Origin: Lama guanicoe
Lineage: Eukaryota
Direction of reading: 5' to 3'
Assembly: GCA_013239625.1 (NCBI GenBank)
Contig: MU054301.1
Coordinates: 26,974-90,973 of the forward strand
Length of the DNA: 64,000 nt
Positions within the stretch are counted from its first letter, which is position 1, and every line of letters starts with the position of its first letter. The notes under the pieces are model-generated. The model had not been told where the DNA came from. It searched no databases and saw nothing but the letters and a program-made list of their open reading frames with translations. Positions 39,193-52,019 of the stretch are shown in pieces. Made by a program: the position numbers and the translations under genes.

Positions 39193-41662
39193 GTGCGGGC
39201 CGCTGAGCCAAAGCCGCGAGGGGACCCAGCGCGGGTCGCGGGAGCCATTGGGGGTTGGGGGTGGGGCGAGGGCTGCGCGGCGAGACGGACAGCTGGGGGC
39301 TCCGCGAGGGCGGCTGGGTGGGGGGCGGGGACCCCGGGGCAGCCTTGCGCGGGGCTCCGGCACCCGAGGCTCCCACGGGTGCGGGAGCGAGCAGCGAACG
39401 GGGCTTCGCGGAGAGGTGACTTTTTTTTCTTGGCCCCGCTAGCTTGGGGATCCGAGGAAACCTGGGAGGGGGCGCCGGCCGCCCAGGGGCTGCGCTCCCT
39501 GCTCAGGCTACGCAGCACGAGGGGGTGGGGGCGGCAGCAAGCTGCACCCCCTCTCCCTGCCCAGCGCGGGCAAGTAGGCCGACCACTCCTGGGAATGGAT
39601 GGAAGGCGCTGGGAGCCTGGGCTGCGTGCACGGGGCGTGGGCTGCGGCTGGGAGGCGGGAGGAGTCGCTCATACCGGGTGCGAGGACCCGGCTGGCGGCG
39701 CGAGGCGCGGGCAGGAGGGCGCCGCAGCGGTGGGGTTGGGGTAGAGGGCGCCTGGAATCCCGGGGCAGCGAGGGCGCCGCGGGCGGGCGGCGGGCCGAGC
39801 TGGCGGCAGAAGTCTCTCTAGTGGTGCAGCGCGAGTGGGGACCAGGGGAGGTGGGCGAGCTGGGAACTGGCGGGGCTTCTTGGGGGAGGGTTTGGCGGTC
39901 AGGAAAGCAGCCCCTAGCGCTCCCTCCTCGGTGGGGTCCAGACAGTTACCTTCAGAGTGGGCATTTTAGGCAGGAGGGAGGGAGCCACTGGTCGGCTATT
40001 TATATTTGTCTTATACATTGAAACGAACTGTATCCTTCTTTTAGGATTAAAAAGTTGCTTGTTCATGTATAGTTTATTTATTTATTAAATTATAATTAAT
40101 TTTTATTGATGTACATTTGGTTTATATCATATTAGCTTAGGTGATGTAGAATTCCTTTAAGTATTTTTTTTAAAAATATCTTGTGACTGCATTTGTGTAT
40201 TTGCTTTTATAAATTTGGAATCAGAATGGAATACACAATCATGAGTGGAATTTCTTAGCTATTTTGAAGTGGTTGTATTTAATGTGTTAACTATGATTTA
40301 GAATGGACAGAAATATGAGAACTTGGGAAAAGTAATAGTAAGCCACACATTTTCTTGTTGATCTTGGAAAAGGAAGTAATTAACAGTATCTGTTACAGTA
40401 GAGTGTATTGATTTAAGGGTTACAGTAGAGAATAATTTAAGGAATTAGGAAGATAAAGGTCTTGGTCCATGATGATTTTGTATCCTAGACTATTTTAAAA
40501 TACTTGATAAATGTGTAACTTTATTTTCTACACTGGATTTCTTTGATAGTGATATCCAAAACAAATTTGAAGTTATTTCCTGTTAGTTTGACATTTGTTA
40601 TCCTTGCTTCCTAAATTATCTAATTTAATCTCATTCTCATTTCACCAATGACAGAAGTCAGATTAACTAGTTTGTTTTCAGTGACCTGCAGTGAGTTATA
40701 GAGACAAGACACCTTTTTATGTTAGCGGATTGGGAAGAAAAACTCATGAAATCTCACAGACTTTGTGTTGTGGATGACTGAAAATAAACTTTTACAAATT
40801 AAAATAAATAATTTTGTTCACTAAATAATTATAAATGTAATTAAATTTTTGCTAAGTCTTTTTGTGAGGTAAGTAAGCAAGCAAAATAATTAGGTAAGAA
40901 TTAGTATGCTTTCTTGTCTTTTTTTTTCCCTTTCTCCCAATAGGACCAGGCATATTGTCAGTCATTTCAGGTTTCAGAATACAGTTAAGAGTTTTTCAGT
41001 TTATTTTGAAGGAAAACATATTTATTACTTTCCATACAAATAAGGGGAGTTTCTAAGAGATGTATTATTTAAAAGTAAAAAACTCCAGTAAAAGTAAAAT
41101 CCTGGTGTTTCTTAAAGGTCTAAACGTTTTTCTTTGTAAAAGTGAAAGTTATGAAAGTTCATTATGAAGAATAAAGTAGGAAAAAGATCACCTATAGTCT
41201 CATTATGCTAGTCTTTTTTCTTATGCACAATTATTCTCTTTTTCTACTTTGTTGTGATTATAACGTATTTAAAGTTTAAAAAAAAATTTTTTTAAAGCAT
41301 AAGCTCAGTTATTTCCCATGTTTTTCATTTGGTCGGCACTGGTAAGTCCTCTTCTGCAGGTGCCAGATTCATAGCATCGCAGTTGGAAACATGTAGATGT
41401 AGATAGTGCGTGACCCAACTATTTTGTTGCACGGAGAGAAAGGAAGATGGGTCCAGAAGGCATAGGAGCCCAGTATTAGTTGTACTTTTGAATAGCTGTT
41501 TTGAGGTTATACACGAGCTTTTGTGTCTAAATTCTGTTACTTTTTGAGATGGTGTCTCATTCAGGCAGTAAAAATTCTGGAAAATCGTTGGCTTAAACTT
41601 TGTGGCTCAGGGGCCGCACATCTCATATGGCATCGTCACAGCTGTCTCATGATCAACTGAAA

Positions 41663-41957
41663 CAGGGATCAGCAAGGTTTTTTTCTTCGTACATTTCCTG
41701 TAATAATATTTTATGCTCTGTGGGCCGTAGGTCTCTGTCATCAGTACTCAGCTTTGCCATTGTAGCACGAGGCAGCCATAGACAACATGTATGTGAAAGT
41801 GGCTATGATTTGATCCGGTTTTATTTATGGACATGGAAATTTGAATTGCATATAATTTTCACATGTCATGAAATATTCTTCTTTTGATTTTTTCCAGCCA
41901 GTTAGAAATGCAGTAACCATTCTTGGCTCATGCTGGTCACCATTTATGGACCCCTGG
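41663..41957. mobile_element. MER58-type hAT element
   Basis: CAGGGATCAGCAA...GCAGCCATAGACA...ACCCCTG termini and internal motifs. Confidence 0.7.
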
Positions 41958-41963
41958 TCTGGA

Positions 41964-42293
41964 ACTGTGTTGTCCAATTCAGGGATCATTCACCACGTGT
42001 GGCTATTGGCTATTGAGCGCTTGAAATGTGACTAGTCCAAATGGAGATGTCCTCTAAGCTTGTAAAATACAGAATTTTGAAGACAGTATTAAGAAAGAAA
42101 AATAACTCATTAATAATAATTATTTATATTGATTACTTGTCAAAATGATAATATTGTGAATGTATGGTGTTAAGTAAAATACTACAAAAATTAATTTCAC
42201 TTTTTTTTCTACTTTTGAAATGTGGCTAGTAGAAATTTAAAACTATACCACACAGCTCACATTTTGGTTTTTTTTTTTTTTTTGGACAACCCT
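41964..42293. mobile_element. MER33/MER3-type hAT element
   Basis: TGTTGTCCAAT...CACGTGTGGCTATTG...TTGGACA inverted ends. Confidence 0.7.
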
Positions 42294-44782
42294 GATCTGC
42301 AGGAATAAATTAGAGACGGCCAAGGTTTTAATAGGCTCTCTTCATTTCATGTAAAGGTGGTGCTGGTGGTTGTATATTGTTGAATGGGGTGTAGTGGAGG
42401 AGGGGAAGTGACTGCCTACTCGTGATGTTTGGAGAGGAGACATAGTAATTTTCTTGTTCTGAGGAAGTTCCACCCCTGAGTGGTCCCTAGCTTCTGTGCT
42501 GGTGGAGGTCCTTGGAGGAGATCAGAGTTGACTCAGGTGGTGTTTCTGGCCCTTCAGTCCTAGACTGGTCTAGGGCCTAGGAGTGTCTTGGCGCACAAAG
42601 GGTCTTTTTCCTGGAGCTGGAGGTCAACCCTGTCTTCTGACTTGCTGGTCTTCTTGATATTTCTCTAGTGTTAATTGAACGGTCAGATGCCTAGTTATGG
42701 GACAGTCTGTTTCATTGGTTAGTGAAGTTAAAGAAGAAGATGTCTGTAGATTGGAAGGGAACAAAAGTTTTTAGTGAAGTGCTTTATGTTAAATAACATT
42801 AATATTTATAAAATATTTCCTATCTTAGTTTTATGAAGCTGATCAAAGTAGGAGTGTCCCCTTTGGGATTGCCTTCAGGAACCACTACCTGCTGTGCAAG
42901 AAGAGCAACGTTCTTTTGTAGCCACATCTTAGTTATTACTCAAAGTCCAACCACACAACTTCCTCTTCATAGCAATTCATTGTGTTAGACTGTCACCAGA
43001 TTGACCTTTCATAGTCTCATATTTGTCACAATACAGAAGAAGGAGAGTTTGGGGGGGGGTCTTAGGATGTGCTTTTAGTAATCAAATTGGAGAAAAGTCC
43101 TAGGGAGAGGGCTGCCAGAAGCAGCTCTTTACCAAGCGATGTGGAAGTATTTTAACAAGCAGTACGTCCATGCTAATGGGTGATAATTGAAACTTGTGGT
43201 TACCAGAGGTAAAGTGGGTGGGAAGGGATAAATAAGGAATTCGACACTTGTACCTCTTGGGGAGAGATGAAAATGTTAGCTATCTTGATTGTGGTTTCAT
43301 TGGTGTATACATTTATCAAAATTTTTCAAATTGTACATCTGAAATAAGTGTAGTTTACTGTACAAAATCATACCGTAATAAAGATGTTTTTAAAAAAAGC
43401 CTTGTTTTTCAGCACTCAAATGGCTTTGCATCTAGAGTTATGGGTACAGTTTAGGTTCTATCAGTGGGAAGCTTCCACTGACACGAATGTCCGTAGCAAC
43501 TGGCCCCCGCTGTTACTGCCTAGTCACCAGCCTTGTAGGGGTTTATGTTAGCGGATTGGGAAGAAAAACTCATGGTGATGTAGAATTCCTTTAAGTATGT
43601 TTAAAGTGCTTTCCATCTGTATGTTAACTTGTATTTGGAGCCTAATAAATCTAAGTTCAAACAGTAGCAATTATAAACTGCTTTAGAGCAATTCTAGGCT
43701 CTAGTTTGTTAAGCTGAAAATGATAGAAAAATAGATTGTTTAAAATACCCTTGCTTTTCTTTCCTAGAGTTATGAAAATTTGAAGTGGCTTTGGAGACAC
43801 CATTACATTGTTCTTTAAATTCTGTGAATTTATAAACGGTACCATCCCAGCAAAGTAAGTATCATATTTCTTTTTATGACTATAAACTGTTATGAAACTG
43901 TATGACAAGGCTCATTATGTCTTGTTTCACTTATTAAAATACCCCAATGGATGGGAAACAAATGTTATAATAAACAATTAAGCAGGTCTTTGCACCCATT
44001 TCTCTGCTCCCAAGCTGCTCCAGTCCTAAAAGGCTAGTGTGTTTCCAAGCGTCGCCAAAGGATTTGCAGTATATACAGTATAGATGTCAGATTAAAAAGA
44101 AAGTTGTATCTTTATTCCTCATTCAGCTGACATGGATTAAGGCAATTTACTTCTTAGATGCTAATTTTTTTCTCTATCAATATGGAGGTTGAATCTTTGG
44201 GGAGGAGTGTTGCTGCTTTATTGCAGGTAGCTGATGAGTAAATAATCCATTTCAGCATACGTACACAGAGACTTCCAGCCCACCCCTGTAACTGAGATTT
44301 CATGACTTTGATCCATTGGCTCAAACAGCACAGCGTTTTGTTTTGCTGAGGTGAAAAGCACCCTCACAGTTCCAGACCAGTGATTCTCCAAAGTGTAGAC
44401 TGGAGTTGCCCTCAAATAATTCCGGGACTGATTTCTTTTATATTTAAAAAAAATTATTTTTTTGCCCCTCCCCATTGTTTGGGGTTTGGAAGGACCTGGC
44501 TGGGGCAACACTTAAGACTCAAGCCCATCCTGGCATACCTGTTAGTGAGCCAGAGTTGGCCTGGGCAGCTGAGCTTCCTTAGGAGAGCAGCCTGTGGGCT
44601 GGGGGTGGACCCAGTCCTCTGAGGAGACCTTTCCCTGCTCAGCTGGCCGTCCCCTTCTTCCAGACCAGGGAAGGTCTTGCCCTGGGCCCCATAGATCTCA
44701 CCAAGCTCCCTGGTGCCCTCCACAGCCCCTTGGGAGAGGTGCTTGCTTTTCCCTCCCAAGGTAGGGTATATGTCTTGTAGCA

Positions 44783-45710
44783 TTTATTTACTTATTTATT
44801 TTTAACGGAAGTATAGGCAGTTACAATGTGTCAATTTCTGGTGTATAGCCTAATGTCCCAGTCATGTATGTATGTATAAAATATATATATATATATTTTC
44901 ATGTTCTTTTTCATTAAAGGTTATTACAAAATATTGAATATAGTTCCGTATGCTATACAGAAGAAATTTGTTTTTTAATCTATTTTTCAAATTTATTTAT
45001 TTAAAAAGTTTTTTTTGGTGAGGCGGTAAATATATATATATGTATATATATATATATTTGTTTATTTATTTTCATGTTCTTTTTCATTAAAGGTTATTAC
45101 AAAATATTGAATATAGTTCCGTATGCTATACAGAAGAAATTTGTTTTTTAATCTATTTTTCAAATTTATTTATTTAAAAAGTTTTTTTTGGTGAGGCGGT
45201 AATTAGATTTGCTTATTTGTTTTAGTTTTGGAGGAGGTGCTGCGGATTGAACCCAGGACCCTGTGTATGCTAAGCATGTGCTCTACCTCAGTTTTTAATC
45301 TATTTTTTATATGGTGGTTAACATTTGCAAATCTCAGACTCCCAAATTTATCCCTTTGCACAACCTCTCCCCGGTAACCATAAGATTGTTTACTACATCT
45401 GCAAGTCTGTTTCTGTTTTGTAGATGAGCTCATTAGTGCCCTCTTTTTTCTTTCTTTATTGCTCTTCCTTCTTTTTTTTAGATTCCACATAGGAGTGATA
45501 TTATGTGGTATTTTTCTTTCTCTTTCTGGCTTACTTCACTGAGAATGATGATCCCCAGATAGATCCATGTTGCTGCACCTGGCGTTATTTTATTCGTTTT
45601 TATCACTGAGTAATATTTCATTGTATAAGTATACCACAACTTCTTTATCTAGTCATCTGTCAATGGACATTTAGGGTGCCTCCATGTCTTGGCTATTGTA
45701 TGTAGTGCGA
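44783..45710 (-). mobile_element. Young L1 3' end with a nested SINE (about 45161-45291) and an internal 135-bp duplication
   Basis: L1 3' UTR motifs as at 315-698. SINE head GGATTGAACCCAGGACC flanked by TTTTTAATCTATTTTT repeats. Confidence 0.8.
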
Positions 45711-45926
45711 CTTTTTTTGTGTGTCGATATCTGCTTTGGTTTCTGAAATTTATTTAGTTTCAGACTTTATTTGTAAAGTTAAAGACTTTGATTAGTGTTT
45801 AAGTGATTAGGGACTTCAGTTTAGTGAAATTGACATATCAGAAAGACCATCTTAGTGTTTGGTTTGTCTGCTGTAGTTTCCATGTTGTCACTTAAAGTTC
45901 TCAGATCTGCCTAGTTACTGATAATG

Positions 45927-46401
45927 CAAGCTACCTTGGAGATCGTTCGTTGAGTTTCAGACCATCCATGTAAAGCAAATGTCGTAATAAAGTGAGTCAC
46001 ATGAAGTTTTGGTTTCCCAGGGCATATAGAAATTTTGTTTATACTGTACTGTAGTCTATTCAGTGTGTGGTGGCATTATGGCTAAAAAAAACCCTATGTT
46101 CCTCCTTGATTAAAAAACACTTTATTACTAAAAAATGCTACCATCATTTGAGCATTTAGTGAGTCATAATTTTTTTTGCAATAGCAACAACCAAAGATTG
46201 CTGATCACAAATCACTATAACGGATGTAATAATAATGAAAAAGCTTGAAATACTGTGGCAGTTACCAGAATGTATCACAGAGACACAAAGTGAGCAAATG
46301 CTGTTGGGAAAAAATGGTGCTGATAGATTTCTTCCTTGCAGGGTTGCCACAGATTCTGTGAAGCACAATAAAGCAAAGCGCAGTAGAACAAGGTCAGCCT
46401 G
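45927..46401. mobile_element. Tigger1 internal-deletion derivative
   Basis: Starts CAAGCTACCTTGGAGAT, carries AATAAAGTGAGTCACATGAA, and ends GCACAATAAAGCAAAGCGCA...GCCTG|TA. Confidence 0.75.
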
Positions 46402-48949
46402 TAGTCCATTCTGGGTACTTCCTTCCTATTAAAGCTCCTTCCTTCAGGCTTCAGTTGCCCAGGGATAAAGTCTGCTGTGGTGTTAAAGTGAGGTGATTCT
46501 GTCCCAGGGCAGCGAGATCTTGTATGTGAATTTAGATGAGTCACTCCTGACCCCGCACAGCGGAGGACTTTTCCCCAGAGGCCTGTGGAAAACATTCCTC
46601 CTCCATCCCAGCTTTCATGAGTTCTGAGCCTACCAGTAAGTTTCAGGAGGGTCTGCTTTTATTGCAGGTATAATGAACAACTTTGCAACAGGTTCAGGGA
46701 ATGTTTTGACAGGCAAGGTCTTTTGTCAGCCTCTGGGAATTGGCACAGACCTATTCTGTAAATCCTGCGTCCTGGGGAAGATGGAGGTGATGCTGATGAC
46801 AGTGGCCGATGCTGCCTTGTGTCTGTCTAAGGAAAGCACATCTACCTCCGCTCCTGTCAGGCTGATCCTCCCACTTTGGTCTTGGCTTCAGTCTTGTCCG
46901 GAGAATCCTAGTCCCACTTGCCCTCTTGCCTGTGTCTCGACTGCTTCTGTTTGGTATTTTTAACCTTCTGCTCTTTGAGGGCAGCTTTACTCTGTTTCAA
47001 CATTTCTGTCACTAAAGGAAGCAGCCCTCCCTTGACCTTCATGCCTGCTTCCACTGCTGCCCTTTCTCTCCCCTCCTCCCAGGGTTGGAGCTGCATTTTC
47101 CACTTCTTCACATCTCTTCTGTCTTTAGCCCCCTCCATTCTGCCTTTTCCCCTCAAAATGCCATTGAAACAAAACCGCTTTCCAGCCAAATTTTCCAGCT
47201 GTAAGCTGCCATGATAAGTAGAAATGATCCTAAGAGGGGCCACAGAGATGAGGGGTATGCCGGGCAAGAAAGTGCTCAGACCAGGTCTGCAGTGTTAGGG
47301 AGAGGGGAACTAACCATGCCAGTTTCCCCAGGACTGCCTTGGTTTTATCACCAATAGTTCTGTGTCCCAGGAATCCCCCTGGGCAAATCCGGGAGCCCAT
47401 TTGGGACACATTACTATGCCCCAGCAGCTGTCCTTCTGGATCCACTTCTGTGTCTGTACTATGACCATGTTGCCCACAACTGCTCCTAGCCACTGATTAG
47501 CACAGTAGGGGCACAGTACAAGCCCATTTCTGGAAGACATGGGATTTCTTTATTGCGCGACTTAGGCTCTAGGACTCCCCTTTGGCCTGGCCAGAAACAG
47601 AATTATTCTGCAGTTTCAGACGTTCTCCTCAATCCTCTTTGTTCCCCTGTTCCTTCTGTGTTTGCATTTTACTTGATTTTTCTTCATCTGCATACTGTTC
47701 TTCAGTATTACATCTGGTGAAATCTACACCAACCAGTTTGTACCTTCCTTAAGTACTGCCAGAAACTGTCTGCTCTTTCTCCTATTACAAATTTATAGCT
47801 TAAAAAAATCTCTTCACTCCTGCTATCAAAAAAAAAAATACACAGATATCCAAACATTTTGCCGCCAGTATAACTTAAGCCACAACTCTCATGTGGTGTG
47901 ACTATTTCAGTTGATGACAGGGGTAAACTGAGGGATTAGATTTAGGGAATTTTAGGGGGGAGCTCTCTGGGGAATGAGGCCTTCAGCATCCTGAAGCTCC
48001 ACGCCACTCTGTGCCCAGTCGCATGCAAACATGTCTTTCTCAGGGGTGAGTCTAAATTCTGCAAATGTCCTGAACCATCCAATCAACTAGCACCAACATT
48101 TGAAAGGAATTCAGTGTGGCCCAGAAGCAGTGGCAGAGATTTGAGATGCCTGGGGCTTGCACGTGCAGGCAGGGCAGTGGCTCGGGGTTCCGAGACGCAT
48201 GGGCACTGTGATGAGCGGCGTTGCTAGGCCATGATTACTGTGTACTGATACAGCCCAGCAGACACAGCTTCCCAGCCAGACCCCAGTGGTGGCGGAAAGC
48301 CTAGTGGTAGAAATGTGTTGAGCCCATAGGCCCGAAAATGAGTAGGTTTTTTTGTTTTTGCTGTCAGAACTGTGAGCCACCTGTGGGCTCTTCTTCCATT
48401 AGCCCTCAAAGAGACTGCAGGAACTCCCAGCCTGGATATCGCATCTGAACAAAGGATATGAAAAAGATCCACGTAGCCGCCAGCTTAGGAAACATCTGAA
48501 AGACCCAGCACGTTCTCTTGCTAAGAAAAAAACGGCCTGGGCGAACCAGATAAAAAGAACGGCTACAGGCGTGAGGGACAGGGTGGGGCGGGCCTGAGAG
48601 GAGCCGGGGGCCCAGCCACCTGGCAGCTTCCCTCTGGGGCTGCTGGAAACCAGCGTGGGGTCCCGTGCCCAGCCGACTTTATAGGCAACTAAAGCTTTAA
48701 CTGGTTTTGGACCCGCTCATAATTCCCCTTAGAGAGCACTTTCCTGACAGTTTTTAAGTGATTTAACTGCATATCAGTAATAACAGAAACCAAATTAAAC
48801 ATAAACAGAAAATGGCATCTTATTTTGAATGTACACTTTTATATACAGGAAAGTGTGTAATGAGAAAAATAATTCCTGTGATAGATGAGCCTCTGGGATA
48901 AAAATTCTTGGGATAAAATTCAATATCCGTTTATATCAGTGTACACGTT

Positions 48950-50390
48950 TGTACATGTGTTCTTTACTGAAGGGCCTTAGAGGACAACTTTCAAGTGGGG
49001 AGATGGCTGTGTTCTTGAATAGGTGGACTCATTTTTTAAAAATGTGTGGTCTTCCCATGTTTATTCAGTTTTACATAAACCAAGTAAACATTATCATGGT
49101 TTTTAAAAATTTTGAGTTACACATGCTGTTTTTAATTCTTGTGATAAAATTCAAATTTCTGTGTAGTAGACAAAGACAGAGCTTTGCCCTTCTAGATATC
49201 AAAATGTGCTCTAAATTTCCACAAATTATTCATTTACCAACAACTGAAAAACAGGTAAATGAACGGAACAGAAAATACCCAAACTCCCAAGTATATATAG
49301 GACTTTAGAACTTGTCACTGATGAAATTTCACATAAGGATAAGTTATTCATAAATGGTGGAAAAATAATCTATTTAGAGAAAAGTAGCCAGATTTTTACC
49401 TCACAAAAATAATTTTCTGATGTGTAGATTAAAATTTTTAAATATACAAAGTGAGAGAAGTACCAGAAGAAAACATAAACTCCTATTTATACATTTTTTA
49501 TGCTGACAAAGACATTCCGAGGAAGGACTTGAAAAGCAAGAATCTGGAGGTTGACTTAACAACATAAAAAAATTAAAACTCTGTAGATCAGAAAATAAGA
49601 TTAACAAAATAAAAGACAGTGTTTTAAAAGATTTACTATGTGTATCAGACAAAAGAAATCTTCATTTTTACTGACAAGTCTTTGAAAGCAACAAGCAAAA
49701 ACTTCTAATTTGAAGTTGGGCAAAGTACTTTTTTTTCATATCTGTAAGTGACCAATGGATATAGGGAAAAATATTTAGCATCTCTGGTCAGAAAATGAAC
49801 TTAAAAGAAAGGAAATACCATTTTCCCTTCACAAAATTCGTCAGGATGAAGAGCAATAATATGTGTATTGTTGATTCAAGTTTAAGTTGCTTTTGAGTTT
49901 TCAGAGAGACAATTTGCTGAGAAGTACCGCATTAAAAAGTGTGTATTCCCTTTACACGTGAATGCTGTTTATACTATTTAGAGGTAAATAATTAGAGATA
50001 AATTAAGAGATAAATAACATACAATTTGTTTTTCTCAAGACTACCTAAAACAGCAATGTATAAAGGAAAACTCACAAAGGATTTTTTAAATCAATTGCAG
50101 TGCATTTGGTATGGAGTGATATTTGACCATTGAAGGTGGCATAGATAATAGATGTATGTTGACCTGCAGAGATGTCCTTTTGAAGATCATTGAAAAAAAG
50201 AAAAAATCAGTTTTATTACATACAAACACAGGAAGGCTATGGTCTTAGCCAAAAATATGTACACAGATGTGATGAAAATTTAGTTCTGGGCATTTGCATT
50301 ACATGTGAAGATTTTTCTTTTAAAAAAATCTGTGATTCTACAATGAATATGTACAAAAATTCTAGTAAATGTTTATTATTAATGAAATAA
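48950..50390 (+). mobile_element. Highly decayed ancient L1 (late ORF2/3' region)
   Basis: A-rich degenerate L1-like sequence (e.g. AACATAAAAAAATTAAAACTCTG). Boundaries approximate. Confidence 0.5.
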
Positions 50391-51204
50391 TCCTGGGAAA
50401 GAGCAAGAATATGAATCTTGCACAGATAAAAATAATTTCTAGTCCCAGCAAGGAGGGGTTGGGGCACAGTCCACCTTCTTAGCCGTTTGGTTTCCTTGGT
50501 GAGTGGGGCACCTGTCCAGGAGGGCATGATCTGTGAACTGGGACCCTGGGCGGGAGGAGGCAGTTGGATGTCAAAGTCACGGCCAGAGACCTGGGTCTGA
50601 CCCTTCCTTCATCCTCCAATGAATAGGTCATTTTTTTATGTGAGGAGGCAGAGATGGGAGGGGAGTTTGCACCCACATGGGCTGAGGTTCAGAGAGTGGA
50701 GCTGCAGGGAGGCTGTGGGATGGCTGGAATGACCTTTCTCCTCTGCTCCTCTGTCCTGCATCCCCTTTGGCTGAGTTTACAGATCCTTCCCTGAAAGATG
50801 GGGTTGGGGAGGGGTGAGGTCAGAGAGGCCACAGAGGCCCAGAATGGGAATGACCCCCATGGTCACCACGGGGCTTGCAGGCAGGCCCAGAGCAGAGGGG
50901 CCATGCCAGTCTGTCCAGATGGGCACAGCCGAGGCGTATGTGGCCTGCAGCCCTGTCTGGGGCTGCCCACTACTCCCACTGCCTATGTGGGAGAGGTTGT
51001 GCCTGGGCCCCTGGCTTCCTGCCTCTCCAGCCCCTGCAGGTGAACATACTGGCAGGTGACAGACAGGTGCATAGAGCAGGTGTTTAAGAGCAGGCCCGGG
51101 TCCTGTGTAAGGGCCCCAAGCTCGGGGTTGTCACTGCCCCCAGCATGCTCGAGGCCCAGCCTCCCCACGGGGCTGACAGTGCTCTCTTCTGCTTTCTCTT
51201 CCAG

Positions 51205-52019
51205 CCGCTGCTGGCAGCCCCAGGCTGGCGTCGTCCAGGCCCCGGATGTTAGGAGCCACTGCTGCCCCTTGGTCGCCTGAAGCCCTCTCTTCTTCCTGCC
51301 TCCGCTCAGAGCTCTGCAACCTGGCCCGAGCCCAGCCTGGCCCTACTTGCCGCCAGACGCTGGCATGTCAAGGCCTGCCCACACCTGCCTGCTCGGCCTG
51401 TGGAACCTTGGCAGTCCCTCCAGCTAGGATGAGGGGCCAGGCCGCTGCCCCAGGTGCCCTATGGATTTTCCATCCGCTGCTGCTGCTGCTGCTTGGGCTC
51501 CAGCCAAATGTGGCCTCAGAGACGGATGTGCATCCTGGGGTGGGCCGTGCCCCATGCTGGTGCAGGGCAAGTTCTTTGGGTACTTCTTGGCGGCCACCGA
51601 GTTCTCTGCCAATGCTTTGTGCTGCTCCTGGACCCTGTGCAAGCCGAACCTGCACCGCTACAAGCTCTGCATGAAGGTGGCCAAGGTGCCCGCCTGCAGC
51701 AGTCCCGCCTGCGTCTGCATCTACCAGTTAGAATCCTTTCTGGAGTCCACACCCAGCTACCTGGGCCTGGAGAACTGTGATGAGGTGCTGAGGTTCTGTG
51801 ATTCCTCGGGGCCTCGGCCTTCCTGCAGGCCAGCAAGCAGTTCCTGCAGATCAAGAGACAGCAGATGACACCGGGCCCCAGGGCAGGGCCCTCCCACCCC
51901 AGCGACAGCTTCTCCGTGGAACACCTGGTCCTGGGCAACCACAACCTCCGTGACGTGGCTGGTGGTCCTGAGAACTGCCTCACCAGCCTGACCCAGGATG
52001 GGGCGGAGATGCACTCCAG
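51205..52019 (+). pseudogene. ADGRB1: ADGRB1 (BAI1) duplicate, first coding exon (signal peptide and N-terminal domain), disabled
   Basis: Acceptor ttccag|, ATG at 51429 ([22 protein letters not shown]), then [37 protein letters not shown] and VAGGPENCLTSLTQD spread over different frames. Donor |gtaagt. Frameshifts near 51540 and 51810 and an internal deletion after GNHN. Confidence 0.95.

Larger units (their letters stand above)
38740..39900. promoter_or_regulatory. CpG island promoter
   Basis: Dense CpG and very high GC. GC box GCCCCGCCCC at 38961-38970 and NRF1-like TGCGCAGGCGC near 39036. Sharp drop to AT-rich DNA after about 40,000. Confidence 0.92.

Noticed and set aside
38649..40021. 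Long ORFs (up to 289 aa) across the CpG island
   Set aside because: Low-complexity Ala/Arg/Gly/Pro frames on both strands, expected from stop-poor GC-rich DNA, with no recognisable domain.
40141..40164. GTGATG... as a C/D-box snoRNA start
   Set aside because: Box C is imperfect (GTGATGT) and I saw no matching terminal stem or box D.
48224..48290. GHRH/PACAP-related-peptide-like motif (SAGLYQYTVIMA)
   Set aside because: Only a few matching residues, requires gaps, and has no processing sites in the right place.
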